Below, in pieces: positions 1 to 13,787 of a DNA stretch of 64,000 nucleotides. The position numbers and the translations under genes are program-made. Under the pieces are notes generated by a model. It did no database searches, had not been told where the DNA came from, and worked only from the letters and a program-made list of their open reading frames with translations. Positions within the stretch are counted from its first letter, which is position 1. The number at the start of each line of letters is the position of its first letter. The stretch lies in NCBI GenBank assembly GCA_964016885.1, contig OZ024744.1, positions 109,368,001 through 109,432,000 on the forward strand. The letters are read 5' to 3'. The DNA comes from Eledone cirrhosa (lineage: Eukaryota).

Positions 1-810
1 TGGTTGGATAGTTGACTGGTTGGATGGTTGGCTGGCTGTCTGGCTGATGGGTTGGTTGGTTGGTTGGGTGGGTGGCTGGCTGGATGGATGGATGGTTGGT
101 TAGATGGTTGGCTGGTTGGCTCGCTGGTTTGGCTGGTTGGTTGGGTGCTTGGCTGGTTGGTTGGTTGGATGGTTGGTTGGCTGGCTGGCTGGTTGGCTGG
201 GTGGTTGGCTGCTTGGTTGGTTGGCTGGCTGGGTGGTTGGTTGGTTGGCTGGCTGGTTGGGTGGACGGTTGGTTGGTTAGATGGTTGGCTGGTTGCTTGG
301 TTGGTTGGCTGGTTGGCTGGTTGGTCGGATGGTTGGCTGGCTGGATGGTTGGGTGGATAGTTGATTGGTTGATTGGCTGGCTGGTGGGATGGTTCGTTGG
401 ATGGTTGGTTGGATGGTTGGTTAGTTGGCTGGTTGGATCGCTGGATGGTTGGTTGGTTGGATGGTTGGATGTTTGGGTGGTTGGATGGTTGAATGGTTGG
501 TTGGATGGTTGGTTGGATGGTTGGTTGGATGGCTGGTTAGATGGTTGGTTGGTTGGATGGCTGGCTGGTTGGTTGGCTGGTTGGATGGTTGGATGGTTGG
601 TTGGTTGGTTGGATGGTTGGTTCTTTGGATGGTCAGTTGGTTCTTTGGACGTTTGGATGGTTGGATGGTTGGGTAGAAGGTTGGTTAGTTGGATGGTTAG
701 TTGGATGGTTAGTTGGATGGCTGGTTGGATGGTTGGATGGTTAGATGGTTGGATGGTTGGCTGGTTGGTGGGATGGTTGGATGGTTGGTTGGATGGTTGG
801 GTGTTTGGTT
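1..810. repeat. Degenerate (TGGN)n tetranucleotide microsatellite (TGGT/TGGA/TGGC)
   Basis: Directly visible; it accounts for the Trp/Gly-rich pseudo-ORFs. Confidence 0.97.
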
Positions 811-923
811 ATACAGAATTGTACTACATTTCAATAGATGAAAATTGTGAAAGACTCAAGGAAATCAACAATATTTGTTACAGTTATAGAAGAGTTGTGG
901 GTCTTGAGGTTTCATCAATTGGA

Positions 924-1096
924 ATAATAATTGTTTCTACTTTTGGCACAAGGCCAGCAAATTACCCAGTGCATTACTGGTACTTTATTTTATCGACCCC
1001 CGTAAGGCAAAGTTAACCTCGGCGGGATTTGAACTCAGATTGGAAAGGGCTGTAACTCTATGCATCAAAGCATAGACCCTCTACCGATACTGCCAA
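924..1096 (-). mobile_element. tRNA-derived SINE, family S
   Basis: Minus strand has A-box-like TGGCAGTATCGG, B-box GAGTTCAAATCC, a central CCTTACGGGGTCGATAAAATAAAGTACCAG block and 3' end GGCCTTGTGCCAAAAGTAGAAAC(ATT)n. More than 10 copies in the window. Confidence 0.88.
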
Positions 1097-1364
1097 ATAA
1101 TAATGAAGATTTATGGTAATGTTTGAGTTGTTGTTGGGGATTAGCTGACTTTAATAACATTTCTTTTGAAAAGTGTTATTGTAAGTGTTTAGAGAAGTAT
1201 ATATCTATTGAGTTCTACAAAATACCTTTGACTAAACAACGGCTTTTATCTAAATTAAAATAACAATGAGGCCATACCACCTTGCCCTTTCTGTGCCTGT
1301 AGGAGCTATTTGGTTTATTTCTAATATATTCTTCCTAAAACTATTTCTTTTAATTTGTTATTAC

Positions 1365-1578
1365 GGTTTCTGATTAAGACACAAAAGGCCAACAATTTTG
1401 AGAAAGAGTAAAGTCAATTAAATTGATCCCAGTGCATTACTGGTACTTTATTTTATCGATCCCGTAAGGATGAAAGGCAAAACTAATCTCGACGGAATTT
1501 GAAATCAGAATGTAAAGGGATGCAACTATATACCACAAAACATGTTGCCCGACGCTCTACCGATACTGTCAGTCCATT
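1365..1578 (-). mobile_element. tRNA-derived SINE, family S-related (diverged)
   Basis: Shares the ccagtgcattactggtactttattttatcga..gtaaggatgaaaggc block and the B-box region with other copies. Confidence 0.8.
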
Positions 1579-2663
1579 TCTCTAGTAATGGTTATAATAA
1601 TTTTCAATATTGTTGAAAGACTGTTCATCTTATGCTACATTATACAGACGAATTGACAGCATTGTTCAAAATCTTATAACTGACAGAGGGTTCGAATTTT
1701 TGTTAATGCATTTCATATTGCTTTCTATAAGGATCGTATTTGCTAGTCTAAGTTTAAGGCCAAATCTAAATAACTCACTATTTTAATGTTGGTATCTACT
1801 CTGATCTTTAAATCTAATTCTCTGAATTATTCAACAGTTATTTTCTAAATATACCTGTTTGTTAATTATTCATATTTCTAGAAATAAAGTGGCAACCATC
1901 TCTTCATAATCTGACCTTTATGACCAGGAATCTTATATGGACAAAATATATTATATACAATCCAATAATATAATAATTTCTCATACTCCTGCCGAATTAT
2001 ACCATTTATTGATCAGATTATTAACAAAAAAGCTTTGATGCGTTGAGCCAACACGTGATTGAGGTCACAAGGAAAATGTTGCAAGTTGAAACAGATTCGC
2101 TCCAACACTGATTAGTGAAAAAACTGGTGCTGGATTTTTTACCAGATTTCTTTGTAATGAGTGGACTCGGTGACCCCAATCATTCGTCGATTCAACTAAT
2201 AAAAACTTTATTGGCGATTACCTTACTAATTGAACAGTAAGTTCTTTACAAAGGGAAGGACAAGAATCTATCGAAAGATCGGGCCAACAAAAATAATCAT
2301 GTTTCAATTGATCTTTCCATCGCTGATACAATCTGTTGATCGCAACTCCCGACAGGAGGCAGGATTTGAACTCAGGACGCATAAAGCCAAATCAGATACC
2401 AACTCTTTTAACAATTCCACCAATCCATTGCCCCCCGACGAGTACAAGGTTTGTCCTCAGATCGCAGAGAGCTGGTAGAGTGGTAAGAACGTCGGTATTT
2501 GTATACCTACGTTCTTACCACTCTACCAGATAAGTATCATAATAAATTATATAGCGATGCAGTTATCTTTGTTCTGTTCTCAATGGGCCCGTGATAAAAT
2601 CAAAACAAATGCTAATATAAGTACTGAGTTATTCTCCGTTTAATTTACATTCCATATATACGT

Positions 2664-2851
2664 TTGGGACCTGGGGCATTTCGGATTTCTGGATTTCAAA
2701 ATTTAAAAAAAAATGGAACTGTATTTAAATGGATTGATAAAGATCAAGTTTGTATCTGTAAATGCAGTTTCATTTTTTTTTTTTTTTTTACTTTTGACTG
2801 TTCTTATTTGTATCGAGAAATCCAGAAATCCGAAATGCCCCTGGTCCCAAG
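2664..2851. mobile_element. MITE-like element with ~35-bp inverted repeats
   Basis: ttgggacctggggcatttcggatttctggatttc (2664-2697) is the near-perfect reverse complement of gaaatccagaaatccgaaatgcccctggtcccaa (2817-2850). Confidence 0.6.
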
Positions 2852-3396
2852 CTTGGCAGATAAATGTTTTGGTACACGCATTTCATTCGTATTTAAAAAA
2901 AGAATTAATATATTTAATAGCCATAGTATTATTTTCTGGATTGTCTTTTGTCAGATGGACTTTGCAAAAATATCACACGTCTTAATGACATTTTAAACCA
3001 TAAATTTCCAACCGATTAAATAATATTTTTTAATTTAAATGAATTTCGTCCAGGTGACAATGACATCGCCCAGATATACCATACGAGGTTTTATACTATG
3101 TGACAGTTTATCGACAAAACGTTGAAGTGGGCAGCAGAATGACATTCATTTCTACAAACACACGTATTTATCACAAGCAATTCTTTATGAATCATCCGTT
3201 AATTCGATCTGTATAGACATTTTAAAAAATCAATTAAGTTTTTTTTTGTAGTTTTTCAGTGATTGATGGCCCGTTTTTGCAGTCCCTCAGTTTATTTTAC
3301 CTGATTTTCTGAAAGCTATTATTTGTAGTGATCGACTGTTATAGTAAATTATGAAATATTGACTTATACCTCTTGTTTATACACACAAAACGAAGT

Positions 3397-3433
<37 letters not shown>

Positions 3434-3445
3434 CACATATATATT

Positions 3446-3485
<40 letters not shown>

Positions 3486-3505
3486 CACACATATAAATTT
3501 ATATA

Positions 3506-3590
<85 letters not shown>

Positions 3591-3592
<2 letters not shown>

Positions 3593-3708
3593 CGAAGGAA
3601 ATGTGGTAAGGAACCAGGTGGACTATAACGCACCAAAGTACTCAATACTTAGGGTAGTAGAGTGGGTAATAGGAACAAGTAAGACCCATGGGGTCTTACT
3701 TGTTCCTA
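3591..3708 (-). mobile_element. PLE pseudo-LTR tail fragment in (TA)n with terminal fold-back
   Basis: Near-identical to 63671-63768. Ends in the perfect palindrome ataggaacaagtaagacccc-at-ggggtcttacttgttcctat. Confidence 0.6.
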
Positions 3709-3807
3709 TATATATATATATATATATATAAGAATAAACATATAAAAAAGAAAATTTCGTTCTACATGGCTGAATACAATAAATGTAATCTGAGTTTTTT
3801 TAATATT

Positions 3808-3925
3808 AATAATTGTTTCTACTTTAGGCACAAGGCCAGCAATTAGCCAGTGCATTACTGGTACTTTATTTTATCGACCCCGTAAGGATGAAAGGCAAAG
3901 TTAACCACGGCGGGATTTGAACTCA
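3808..3925 (-). mobile_element. SINE family S, 5'-truncated
   Basis: Matches other copies from the tail to the B-box. Confidence 0.85.
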
Positions 3926-4120
3926 CTGCCTCTGTGTCATTTGAAATCACTGCCTCTGTGTCACGTGTTCGATTCTTTTTGAATTTGCCACGGACACAGA
4001 GGCAGTGATTTTCTCAATGGCTAGGAAGTAAGTCCACGCTTTGCTATTTCCTATTCACTGATTTATTTTTTAATAAGCTTCCAGTGTCCTCGCTTTGCCT
4101 GGAAACTTATATGAGAATTG

Positions 4121-4202
4121 ACTTTCCTGATGACCGGATGTTTCTCTACACCTTCTTCGGAAGATGTATCTACTCCATTCCAGAAACTAATTAGTTGGAA
4201 GT
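4121..4202 (+). ncRNA. Type I hammerhead ribozyme motif
   Basis: actttc-CTGATGA-(long stem II)-GAAA-ctaattag-TT-ggaagt. Stem I pairs, stem III is palindromic, predicted site GUU. Confidence 0.65.
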
Positions 4203-4834
4203 GATATTTTAGTAAGTAAGTTAATTTTATAATTTTCTTATCTTACGCCTCTTATATATATATATACTGAAATAATATATTTCATAATTTGATAACTCCT
4301 TGAGTACAACATTCTATGAAAAGATTCTTGAATCCTCGATTGTCGTCAATCCTCAACCTTTTGTCACACCAGCCATTGCCATATTCCATTTAACTCAATT
4401 AGGATACTTTTCTTCCAAATGGTCTCCAGTAGGTCTGAACACACACACACATATATATATTCATAGATACGTACACACATACATATATACAAACATAATA
4501 TTAGGTTGTAATGAAAGTTCTGTCCATTTTTTAACGTTCAATAAAACAATAAAAACACAATATCAGTGTTATTAAATCGTTAATGTAGTCCCTATTTTCC
4601 TCTCCATCTGTCAATAAGCTTTTTAATGACACGGTCATAAAATTCTTTGGGATTTGAATTAAAAAAGGAAATTAATTCATTTTTAAAAAGTAAGTCTTAA
4701 TTCACACAAATGATTTTGCAAACTTTTAAAGAGAAGGTAATCTTTTGGTGCGGGGTCCAGGGAATATTATGGGTGAAGCATATTTTCCTAGGAGTTCTTT
4801 GTTTTTTTTTGCAACTGCCCTTTATGTGCTTTCT

Positions 4835-7600
4835 CTACTCAGCCCTATTTCGAGCTATCTCCTCACAGTATATCAAATGCCAGCTCTTTGGGGGTTGTTC
4901 TTGATACTCTCCTTGTACCTCACTTTCGGTTTGTGTTGAGGCCTTTTTCCAAGATGGAGTCACAGTAAAACAGTTGCTTCGGGATCCTGCTCTTTCTTTC
5001 ATGCGGACGATATGTCCTGTCCAGCGTATTTGAGAAGATGTTACTTGAAACTTAATGCTAGGACATTCTGCTTTGACAAGGACTTGGATGTCAGGAGTTC
5101 TGTCTTGCCACTTGATGTTGAATATGCGCCTTAAACATTTCTGCTGAAATCGCTCAAGCAATTTGATGTGTGGAGTAGTGTCCAGGTTTCGGCAGAATAT
5201 AAAAGAGCTGACACAACACATGATCTATACATATACACCTTGATATTGTTGGTAATGTTGCGATTTGCCCAAACTCTCTTTTCCAATTTTCCGAAGGCAA
5301 CAGAAACCTTCTTGGTGCGCAGATGTATTTCAGTATCCAAGGAGCCATCATTTGAGAGTGTGCTACCCAAGTAGACAAATTTATCTACTATTCCCGACCT
5401 GGTTCCATCAACCATAATATTAGGTTCAGTATATGCTTCTCCAGGAGCAGAAGTAAACATTACTTTGGTCTTTTTAAGTCTGATTGTAAGCCCAAATGCT
5501 GTACACGAGGATGAGAAACTGTCCATAATGTGTTGCATGTCAGCTTCTGTGAGTGCTAGGAAGTCAGCGTCGTCGGCGTAAAGAAGGTCTCTGATCAAAG
5601 CTTGAACAGTTTTTGTCTTGGCATTAAACCTTCTTAAGTTGAAAACCTTTCCAGTGGTTCTGAACCGTAAGAGAATGCCTCTGTCACAATCATGGAAAGT
5701 ATGTGTGAGCAGGGCAACAAAGAAGATGGAGAAAAGCGTAGGAGCAGGAATATCACCTTGCTTTACCCTGTTGTCAATTGGGATCTCCCCAGATAGTTGA
5801 CCATTAAAGGTAACTTGAGCTTTCATATTTCTGTGCAGCTGCTTTAGAAAATACACGGTAGTTGCCACATATCGATTTTTCACCTTTGCCTTTGTATAAT
5901 GATAACAGAATACCGTTGATCCAGTCTTGCGGAACCGGGGTCTCATTCCAGCAATCAATGATGAAGTTGTTTATTACTTCCGTTACATTATCACTACCGA
6001 CTTTCAGCAGTTTGACTGGGATACCATCTGGACCTAGTGCCTTACCAGAGTTAACCTGCTTGACTGTCAGCTTTATTTCATCAGTCGAGGAAAGTCGATC
6101 CATACGGTGCACTGTTTCACATTGAGGAAGGCCCTCTATCACTCCAAAATCAACTGCTGATTGGTTGTCAAACAGGTCAGTAAAGTGTTCCTCCCAATGC
6201 TGAAGGATTTTTGATGGCCCTTTGATGATGATATTGTCATCATCTTTAGATCTCAGAGGAGTTACTGAGGATGTTGGTGGGCCTTAGAGTATCAATGAGT
6301 AAAATGTTTTCGAATCTTTGGTGCTAAAAGCCTGTTGGATTTCCGAAGAGATATTACTCCACCACTCATTTTTCATCCCGCGCAGTTCGCGTTGCAGTGT
6401 TGCCTTGTGATCTTTGTAGGCTTTCCTGACAGCTGGTTGTGCTATGGGATTATGATTCAGGAGCTTTTCATAGAGAGTGTGCTTGGTTTTCAGTAGCTGA
6501 TTGATATTAGGATTGTTGTCATCGAACCAGTCCTGGTGTTTCTTGGTTCCGAAGCCAAGTACCTCAGCTCCCACTGAGTAAACTTGATCTCTAAAGTTTT
6601 TCCAAGTGCCATCAAAAGACCATCAAATCTCTCAGTTAGGGTTGCACGCACATCTGCTTGCCTCAATTTGGTGACATCAATTGTTTCTGTGCTTTCATTC
6701 CACTCATACGAATTCTTTTGCGGATACTCATCTTGAACTTTCGTCGAACTAATTTGTGGTCAGTGCCACATTCTGCACCACGCAACACACGCACTGAACA
6801 CACATCACTTAGATCTCGTTTACGAGTGATGATGAAATCAATCATGTGTCCATGCTTGGATCTTGGATGATACCAGGTAGCTTTATATTTGAGCTTCTGA
6901 CGGAAAAAAGTGTTGTAGATCATTAAGTTGAGTTTTGAGCAGAGTTAAAGCAACCTCAGGCCACTGGTGTTCATTTTACCAATATCAAATGGACCAATGG
7001 CGCCCCACGCCTCGTGATCACTATCCATGTAAGCATTAAAATCACCGAGAAGTAATAATTTATCGCCAGCAGGTGTGCATGCAATAACAACACGAAGAGA
7101 CTCATAGAAAGAATCAAGGACCACCTCACTGGCCTCTAAGGTTGATGCATAAACAGATAAAAGTGTTACAAAACGGCCATGTCTCAGAGGAATACGAAGC
7201 TTCATAATGCGATCGGCTACACCAGTAGGACATCCTATACAATGAAGCAGGGAAGCCAACACCACCCTCTCTCCGTTTAGCTATGGGTTTACCTACCTTA
7301 AAAGAGAGAGCCTGATGATACTTCTGTTAATTGATCTTCTCCCGCCAAACATGTTTTAGATAAAGCTGCTATGTTTATGTTCAATGTTTTGAGTTCTTTT
7401 GTCACAAGTGCAGTTCTAAATTCTGGACGTCCAGATGAGTTTCTATCCAGGAGTGTCCTAACATTTTAACAACAAATTTGAGTTTGACTCGATCTTTCGT
7501 GTATTTTTTACATTTTGTTTTATTCTTATCTCTGCTCAAGTAAAGCAAAGTAAGCTCAGGGCACCTGTGTGTAGACTTGTGACTATAAACTTCCAACTGG
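4835..7600 (-). mobile_element. Degenerate RTE-clade LINE (APE endonuclease + RT), multiple stops and frameshifts
   Basis: ORF fragments include LLLGDFNA, ATWYHPRSKHGHMIDF, GTDHKLV, GPDGIP, VKQGDIPAP, LLYADDAD and RWTGHIVRM. Collinear with the element at 31270-34669. Confidence 0.93.
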
Positions 7601-7629
7601 TCAGGTTTGCACATGTTACCATTAGTCTA

Positions 7630-8612
7630 TCGCCACAGTATTTCAACTCAACAGCATATATAAAAACAGATTTGGGAGCTACACGCTGGAAGGGAGTTAA
7701 GCAGGGGATTTACTATCAGCACTTCTTTTCTGTATAGTTATAGCAGCACTTATCTACCAAACTGAAGAAGAATGCTCCTCTGGCTATCAAATAGGAGGTA
7801 AAATCCTATCAAATCTTAGCTACGTAGATGATCTAGCCATCATGAGTTACTCTAGAACTGATCTGCAAGACTTTCTGAATGTGCTGGCCAAACATTCACT
7901 GGAGGCTGGCTTACACATCAACATCTCCAAAACAAAATGTATGACAACCGATAGAAACAATGCCAATCTCCATCTCACAATCTACAACCAGAAAATTGCT
8001 CAAGTTACGGAGTTTGTATATCTCCGTCACAAACTATCATCAAACAACAATGGAATGGTTGCTGTGCAATATCGCATCGCTCTAGGTTGGGTAGCTTTCA
8101 ACAAGAACAAGGAAGTACTAACATCAAAATGAGTTTCCTATCATTTGAAGGCTAAGATCTTTGATACTTACATCCTACCAGTTGTGTTATATGGTCTTGA
8201 CTGTGTTAATTGGACGACAAGGTCACTTCAGAAGCTCTCTACATTCCAGAACCACATCATGAGACTTATGACTGGCAAGCGGCTCAGCAACCGTATCTGT
8301 ATCAGTGAGCTGCTCAACATTACCAAACTTAGACTAATTACATCAATTGTCAAGTCAAGAGTACTCAAACTATACGGTCATATAAAAAGATCAACTCGTG
8401 GCATGAGTAGGTTATGTCTGGAAGGAAGGTTGGCTGGTAAGAGAAGCAGGGGCCAGCAGCCAAAACGATGGCTTGATAATGTCAACTTATAGACTGGACT
8501 TGATCTTTGCTCTTTGAACTCTGCTGCTGGTGATCGAACTTTGTGGAGAGAGATATCTCATGTTGATGCGCTGTCTGCAACTGGCGGAGTTTAGCGTCAC
8601 ACAACAACACAA
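7630..8612 (+). mobile_element. 5'-truncated LINE (RTE/RTE-X-like RT C-terminal part)
   Basis: GVKQG at ~7693, NLSYVDDLA at ~7812, GLHINISKTK, LYGHIKRS, GKRSRGQQPKRW; short (CAA)-type tail. Confidence 0.85.
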
Positions 8613-8869
8613 CGGTATGTGAGAAATAGAATAGACGAAAAAAGATGTAAGAGACATCTGAACATCAGTATATTATAGTGGTAAACACTTCTACAACACA
8701 AGTACCACTCTCTGAGTATCCTCAACTAGAGTCCAGTGACATACCGAAGCAAGATGACTGGGAGTTGCTTCAACCACAGATTTTAAGGAGTTTCTTCTTC
8801 TCACTTAAATACACTTATACATACGTACACGCCTACACACACACCTACACACACACTCACTCATACACG

Positions 8870-9632
8870 ATTTTGTGAACCTAAAACTCAAAAACTACCA
8901 AACCGATCTTGATGAAACTTGACACGTGTGTGGGGCTCATGCCCATTTGATTTCTTACGTATATTTCATTTTAATCAAAGGGTTCCCCGGAGGCACAAAC
9001 CCCCGCTGATATTTTTTCCCTTCGATTTATATGAAATTTAAACCATAGGTAAATAACAACATATGATGCCCATTCACAAAATTTCAGCAAATTTCAATAA
9101 TATTAAGACACCCTAATGGGGGTTAAACCCCCCTATAGTAAAGATTTTGGCCAATAAATGGAACAAGATTTCACGAACTCGTCCTATAGTTTTGGAGATA
9201 GACCCCCATAACGATATATATTCTGAAACTACATTGCCCAGGGTACTTGGATAGGTATATTTCATTTTAATCAAAGGGTTCCTCGGGGTCACAAAACCCC
9301 ACTGAAAATGTTTTCCCTTTGATTTATATGAAATTTAAACCATAGGTAAATGACAAGATATGATGCCTATTCACAAAAGTTTTGAATTGATATTTTGAAA
9401 AAAATTATTTACAAGAGACAAAATAAGGATAAGATTTAATAATATAATTTTGATTTGATATATTACAAAAAATAATGTTTTCCAATGTTTCATGCATTAC
9501 ATTTTACATTGAGTAATATTGAAATGCAGAGTTTGTCTCCATAAATTATATCACTGATTTAAAATTAATCATAATTTTCTTACAAAAAAAAAAAATGTGT
9601 GAAACGCAGCAAGGCGCCAGTAATTCGGCTAG
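8870..9632 (+). mobile_element. Non-autonomous Helitron-like element (3' portion) with internal ~120-bp duplication
   Basis: Ends in a GC-rich subterminal segment then CTAG followed by T (9629-9633). Segments ~8960-9078 and ~9257-9378 are direct copies. Confidence 0.5.
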
Positions 9633-9654
9633 TATATATATATTACTGTCATTA

Positions 9655-10012
<358 letters not shown>

Positions 10013-10195
10013 GGTGGTGTTTTTTAATGAAATTATAACACGTTACTTCAAAGAATCGAACAGAACATTATACTCTATTTCTTACTTAGATTGATGTTAT
10101 TATTTTAACTATTCAGTATCTAGTTATTTTATTATGGATATTATTGTTCTTGTTTAATACCACTCCTCTATAAAAGCCATGCCTTGTGTATCTTC

Positions 10196-10324
10196 TTCAC
10201 TTTCGCGTGCTCTGATGAAAACGACTGGTTATGAACAAAGTATTGGAGCTCGATTGACGCAAAATCAGGCGAGTAGCGAACTCTAGACCTACCAGATCAA
10301 AGAAACAATTGTCAGCAATGTGAA
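10196..10324 (+). ncRNA. Type I hammerhead-like motif with long stem II
   Basis: tgct-CTGATGA-(~80 nt)-GAAA-caattg-TC-agca with palindromic stem III. The base of stem II is poorly paired. Confidence 0.45.
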
Positions 10325-10564
10325 TAAAGCCCTTATTGTATAGCAAAGCATGTCACTCTTCTTTCTTGAATTAGTATTACTCCAAGTATAAACTACATAG
10401 AACTCACCGCGAACTCGCAGCATCACTATGGAAACGTCTTGTTGAGTCAAACTAAGCCATACGTTAATACTATCCACCAGACGGAGTACCCTAACTGGAC
10501 TACATCTAAGTGGACTGCCTATAATGATAACCTGTTATCCCGTATATATATATATATATATATA

Positions 10565-10875
10565 AATGAAGTAATTCCGTCGGAAAAGTCCAGGAAAAAA
10601 GAGTGCTCTATGTAGGTAACAGAGCTTAATAGTTATGTAATAAACAACATAAGGCAATTATTCCATTTACCAGTGGTTTCTTAAAAGCAAAAGATTTTGC
10701 TTTCAATCCTCAGAATGAAAAAATGCTGGTCTTTTTATTGAATTTGGATTTTAAAAACAAAAATGCACTCTATATGAAAGTGAGGCTGGAGAAGGAAGAA
10801 GGAAAGGAAAAATAAAATAAAACTACACATGCAAACACACACACAAAAACACAAAAGCATACATACACACACACA
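10565..10875 (-). mobile_element. PLE pseudo-LTR, arm A (inverted copy of 19760-20077)
   Basis: About 310 bp of reverse-complement match. Carries a hammerhead related to the pLTR of the PLE at 14895-17355. Confidence 0.8.
10661..10720 (-). ncRNA. Type I hammerhead ribozyme
   Basis: Minus strand: tttcatt-CTGAGGA-ttgaaagcaaaa tc ttttgcttttaa-GAAA-ccactgg-TA-aatggaa; site GUA. Confidence 0.8.
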
Positions 10876-10962
10876 TATATATATATACATATATATACAT
10901 ATACATACATATATATATACATATAATATAAGATCAAAAGATGGTTAAAGGAGTTCCATGTA

Positions 10963-11029
10963 TTTTATTATGCGCATTTCAAAAACAAACATCATCATGC
11001 AATAATATTTGTGTTTTCATCAGATAAAA
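10963..11029 (-). ncRNA. Type I hammerhead ribozyme, palindromic stem III
   Basis: Minus strand: ttttat-CTGATGA-stem II-GAAA-tgcgca-TA-ataaaa. Confidence 0.78.
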
Positions 11030-12697
11030 CAAGAGAACATGATATGAAGGCTAAAAAACACTTGTGGATAGTGCAGTTTTAAATCTACATATGAAAAGTG
11101 GTTTTAGATTGATGTGTGATATTGGGAAAAATATTTTATTTAGAGAGGGGGGGGGGGGATGAAAAAGGGGGAGGAGATGAGAGGGAGAGATGGGTGATAG
11201 AGAGAAAGAGATAGCTTTTATAACTGAGAGGAGATATACTGTCCCACACAGAGAGGTTGAAAACCGTTGGAAGATAATGTATAAACCCCCCAAAATTTTT
11301 GAAAATCAACGAAAGGAGGATATGTGCGAGGAAAAAGTATTTTATTTAAGGAGGGGGGGCTGGAAAGGATGAAAAAAAGGGGGAGGAGATGAGAGTGAAG
11401 GTGGAGAGGGAGAGATGGGCGATAGAGAGAAAGAGATAGTTTTTATAACTGAGAGAAAGATACATTGCCTTACACAGAGAGGTTGAGAAACCGTTGGAAG
11501 ATAATGTATAAATTAAAGGAATTTGAAAATTAACGAAGGGAATTTATGTATGAAGATAGAGAGAAGAAATAATAATTGTGGATGAATATTCTAACGTCAA
11601 AAAAAGGGTATGTTGTGGCAATTTCAAAATTAACGAAGAGAAAAATTATTAAGGTTTGTGTGTAGAAGGATTTGAGAAAAATAATGTGAAGTTAAAGTTT
11701 GTATATTGGAGGAATTGATAATATATGCGAATAGAGTTAATATGTATTAAGAATGAGTTCGTTGATGGGGAGAAAAAAAAAAAAAAATTAAGGATGAAAT
11801 TGAGATTAAAAAGATTTATGAGAGAGAGAAAAAAATAATGATTGCGGATAAATATTCTAACGTAAAAAAAAAACCGATGTATATGTTATGAGTGATTTTA
11901 CAAGGTGAAGATAGAGTGAGGGTAATGAGTAAACAAGTATTATAGAGTGTATAAAGCCCTTTAAAGTATGGTAGGAAGATGGGTATATTTTAAAGAGGTG
12001 TATGTATATGTGCCTTTGAGAAAAGATTCTAAATTGATAAAGAATTGAATATTAACTGTATACTTTGTGAAAAGTTCTATGGAATTTATGCAGGCAGATA
12101 GAAAACAAATCTGTGCGTCTATTTATTATAGAATCTAGGTTAGAGATAATGGTAAATTTTTCATTTAGGCAGAGATTACAGATTTTAGATAGAGAGCTGT
12201 TCAAGTATGAGGATGCATAATTTATACATTATCTTCCAACGGTTTCTCAACCTCTCTGTGTAAGGCAATGTATCTTTCTCTCAGTTATAAAAACTATCTC
12301 TTTCTCTCTATCGCCCATCTCTCCCTCTCCACCTTCACTCTCATCTCCTCCCCCTTTTTTTCATCCTTTCCAGCCCCCCTCCTTAAATAAAATACTTTTT
12401 CCTCGCACATATCCTCCTTTCGTTGATTTTCAAAAATTTTTTGGGGTTTATACATTATCTTCCAACGGTTTTCAACCTCTCTGTGTGGGACAGTATATCT
12501 CCTCTCAGTTATAAAAGCTATCTCTTTCTCTCTATCACCCATCTCTCCCTCTCATCTCCTCCCCCTTTTTCACCCCCCCCCCTCTAAATAAAATATTTTT
12601 CCCAATATCACACATCAATCTAAAACCACTTTTCATATGTTGATTTAAAACTGCACTATCCACAAGTGTTTTTTAGCCTTCATATCATGTTCTCCTG

Positions 12698-12762
12698 TTT
12701 TATCTGATGAAAACAAATATTATTGCATGATGATGTTTGTTTTTGAAATGCGCATAATAAAA
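12698..12762 (+). ncRNA. Type I hammerhead ribozyme, palindromic stem III
   Basis: ttttat-CTGATGA-aaacaaatattattgcatgatgatgtttgttttt-GAAA-tgcgca-TA-ataaaa. Confidence 0.78.
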
Positions 12763-12885
12763 TACATGGAACTCCTTTAACCATCTTTTGATCTTATATT
12801 ATGCATACTCCAGTCCTACAAACTGTAGAGTGCTTCTTATCCGATATCTGCATTGCTTTATTGTACTACAATAAAACTCACCTCC

Positions 12886-13751
12886 TATATATATACATAT
12901 ATATACATATACATTCATATATATATACACATACATACACTCATACATACACGCACGCACACATATATACACACATATATGTGTATATAAATACACACAA
13001 ACACATATATACATACGCACATAAATATCAACACATCCATACATACAAATACATATATACAATCACATACACATATATACACACATGCATACACATAGAA
13101 ACATAAATATACATACACACATATACATACATATATATATGTGTGTACAAGCATACACATACACAAACATAGCCATACACACATACATAAACATACATAC
13201 ATACATGCACACAATCGTACATATATACACACGTACATACATACACATACATAAATGCACTCTTCTACATATTCACACACGCAAATAAATATAAGAAAAA
13301 AAATATATATATATAAACATTTTTTTGACAGCGATACAGAACGCAGCTAACTGGACAGACACGCGTGGTAAGTAATACACACAAATGCAGGTATACATAC
13401 GTACGGAATAGTAAATACATACACACACTCTCACACATAAATATACATATACAAATACATAAACACATACATACACATACATGCACAAACACGCACACGT
13501 ATACAATTATACACACACATATGTATATGTAATTATACACACACACATATAGATATATATATACATAAATATAACACACACACATATATATATATACATA
13601 CACACATACATATACATACATAGCTATACAATTATACACATACAAATACGTACATATCATAAACACGCACAACCAAATACAAACACACACACACATACAT
13701 ACATACATACATACATACATACATACATACATACATACATACATACATACA

Positions 13752-13785
<34 letters not shown>
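12886..13785. repeat. Degenerate CA/TA-rich block, inverted copy of 17430-18265
   Basis: Unique core gacagcgatacagaacgcagctaactggacagacacgcgtggtaag (13327-13372) recurs as its reverse complement at ~17763-17808. Confidence 0.9.

Positions 13786-13787
<2 letters not shown>

Larger units (their letters stand above)
10925..12885 (-). mobile_element. 5'-truncated PLE with inverted pseudo-LTR (arms 10925-11515 and 12218-12801)
   Basis: Minus strand ~12215-12060 encodes a PLE endonuclease C-terminus (SKICNLCLNEKFTIISNLDSIINRRTDLFSICLH), similar to the end of ORF 16391-16909. The ~590-bp arms are inverted and each has a hammerhead. Confidence 0.78.

Noticed and set aside
28-1016. 318-aa Trp/Gly-rich ORF and overlapping ORFs
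   Set aside because: Translation of a (TGGN)n microsatellite that rarely yields stop codons.
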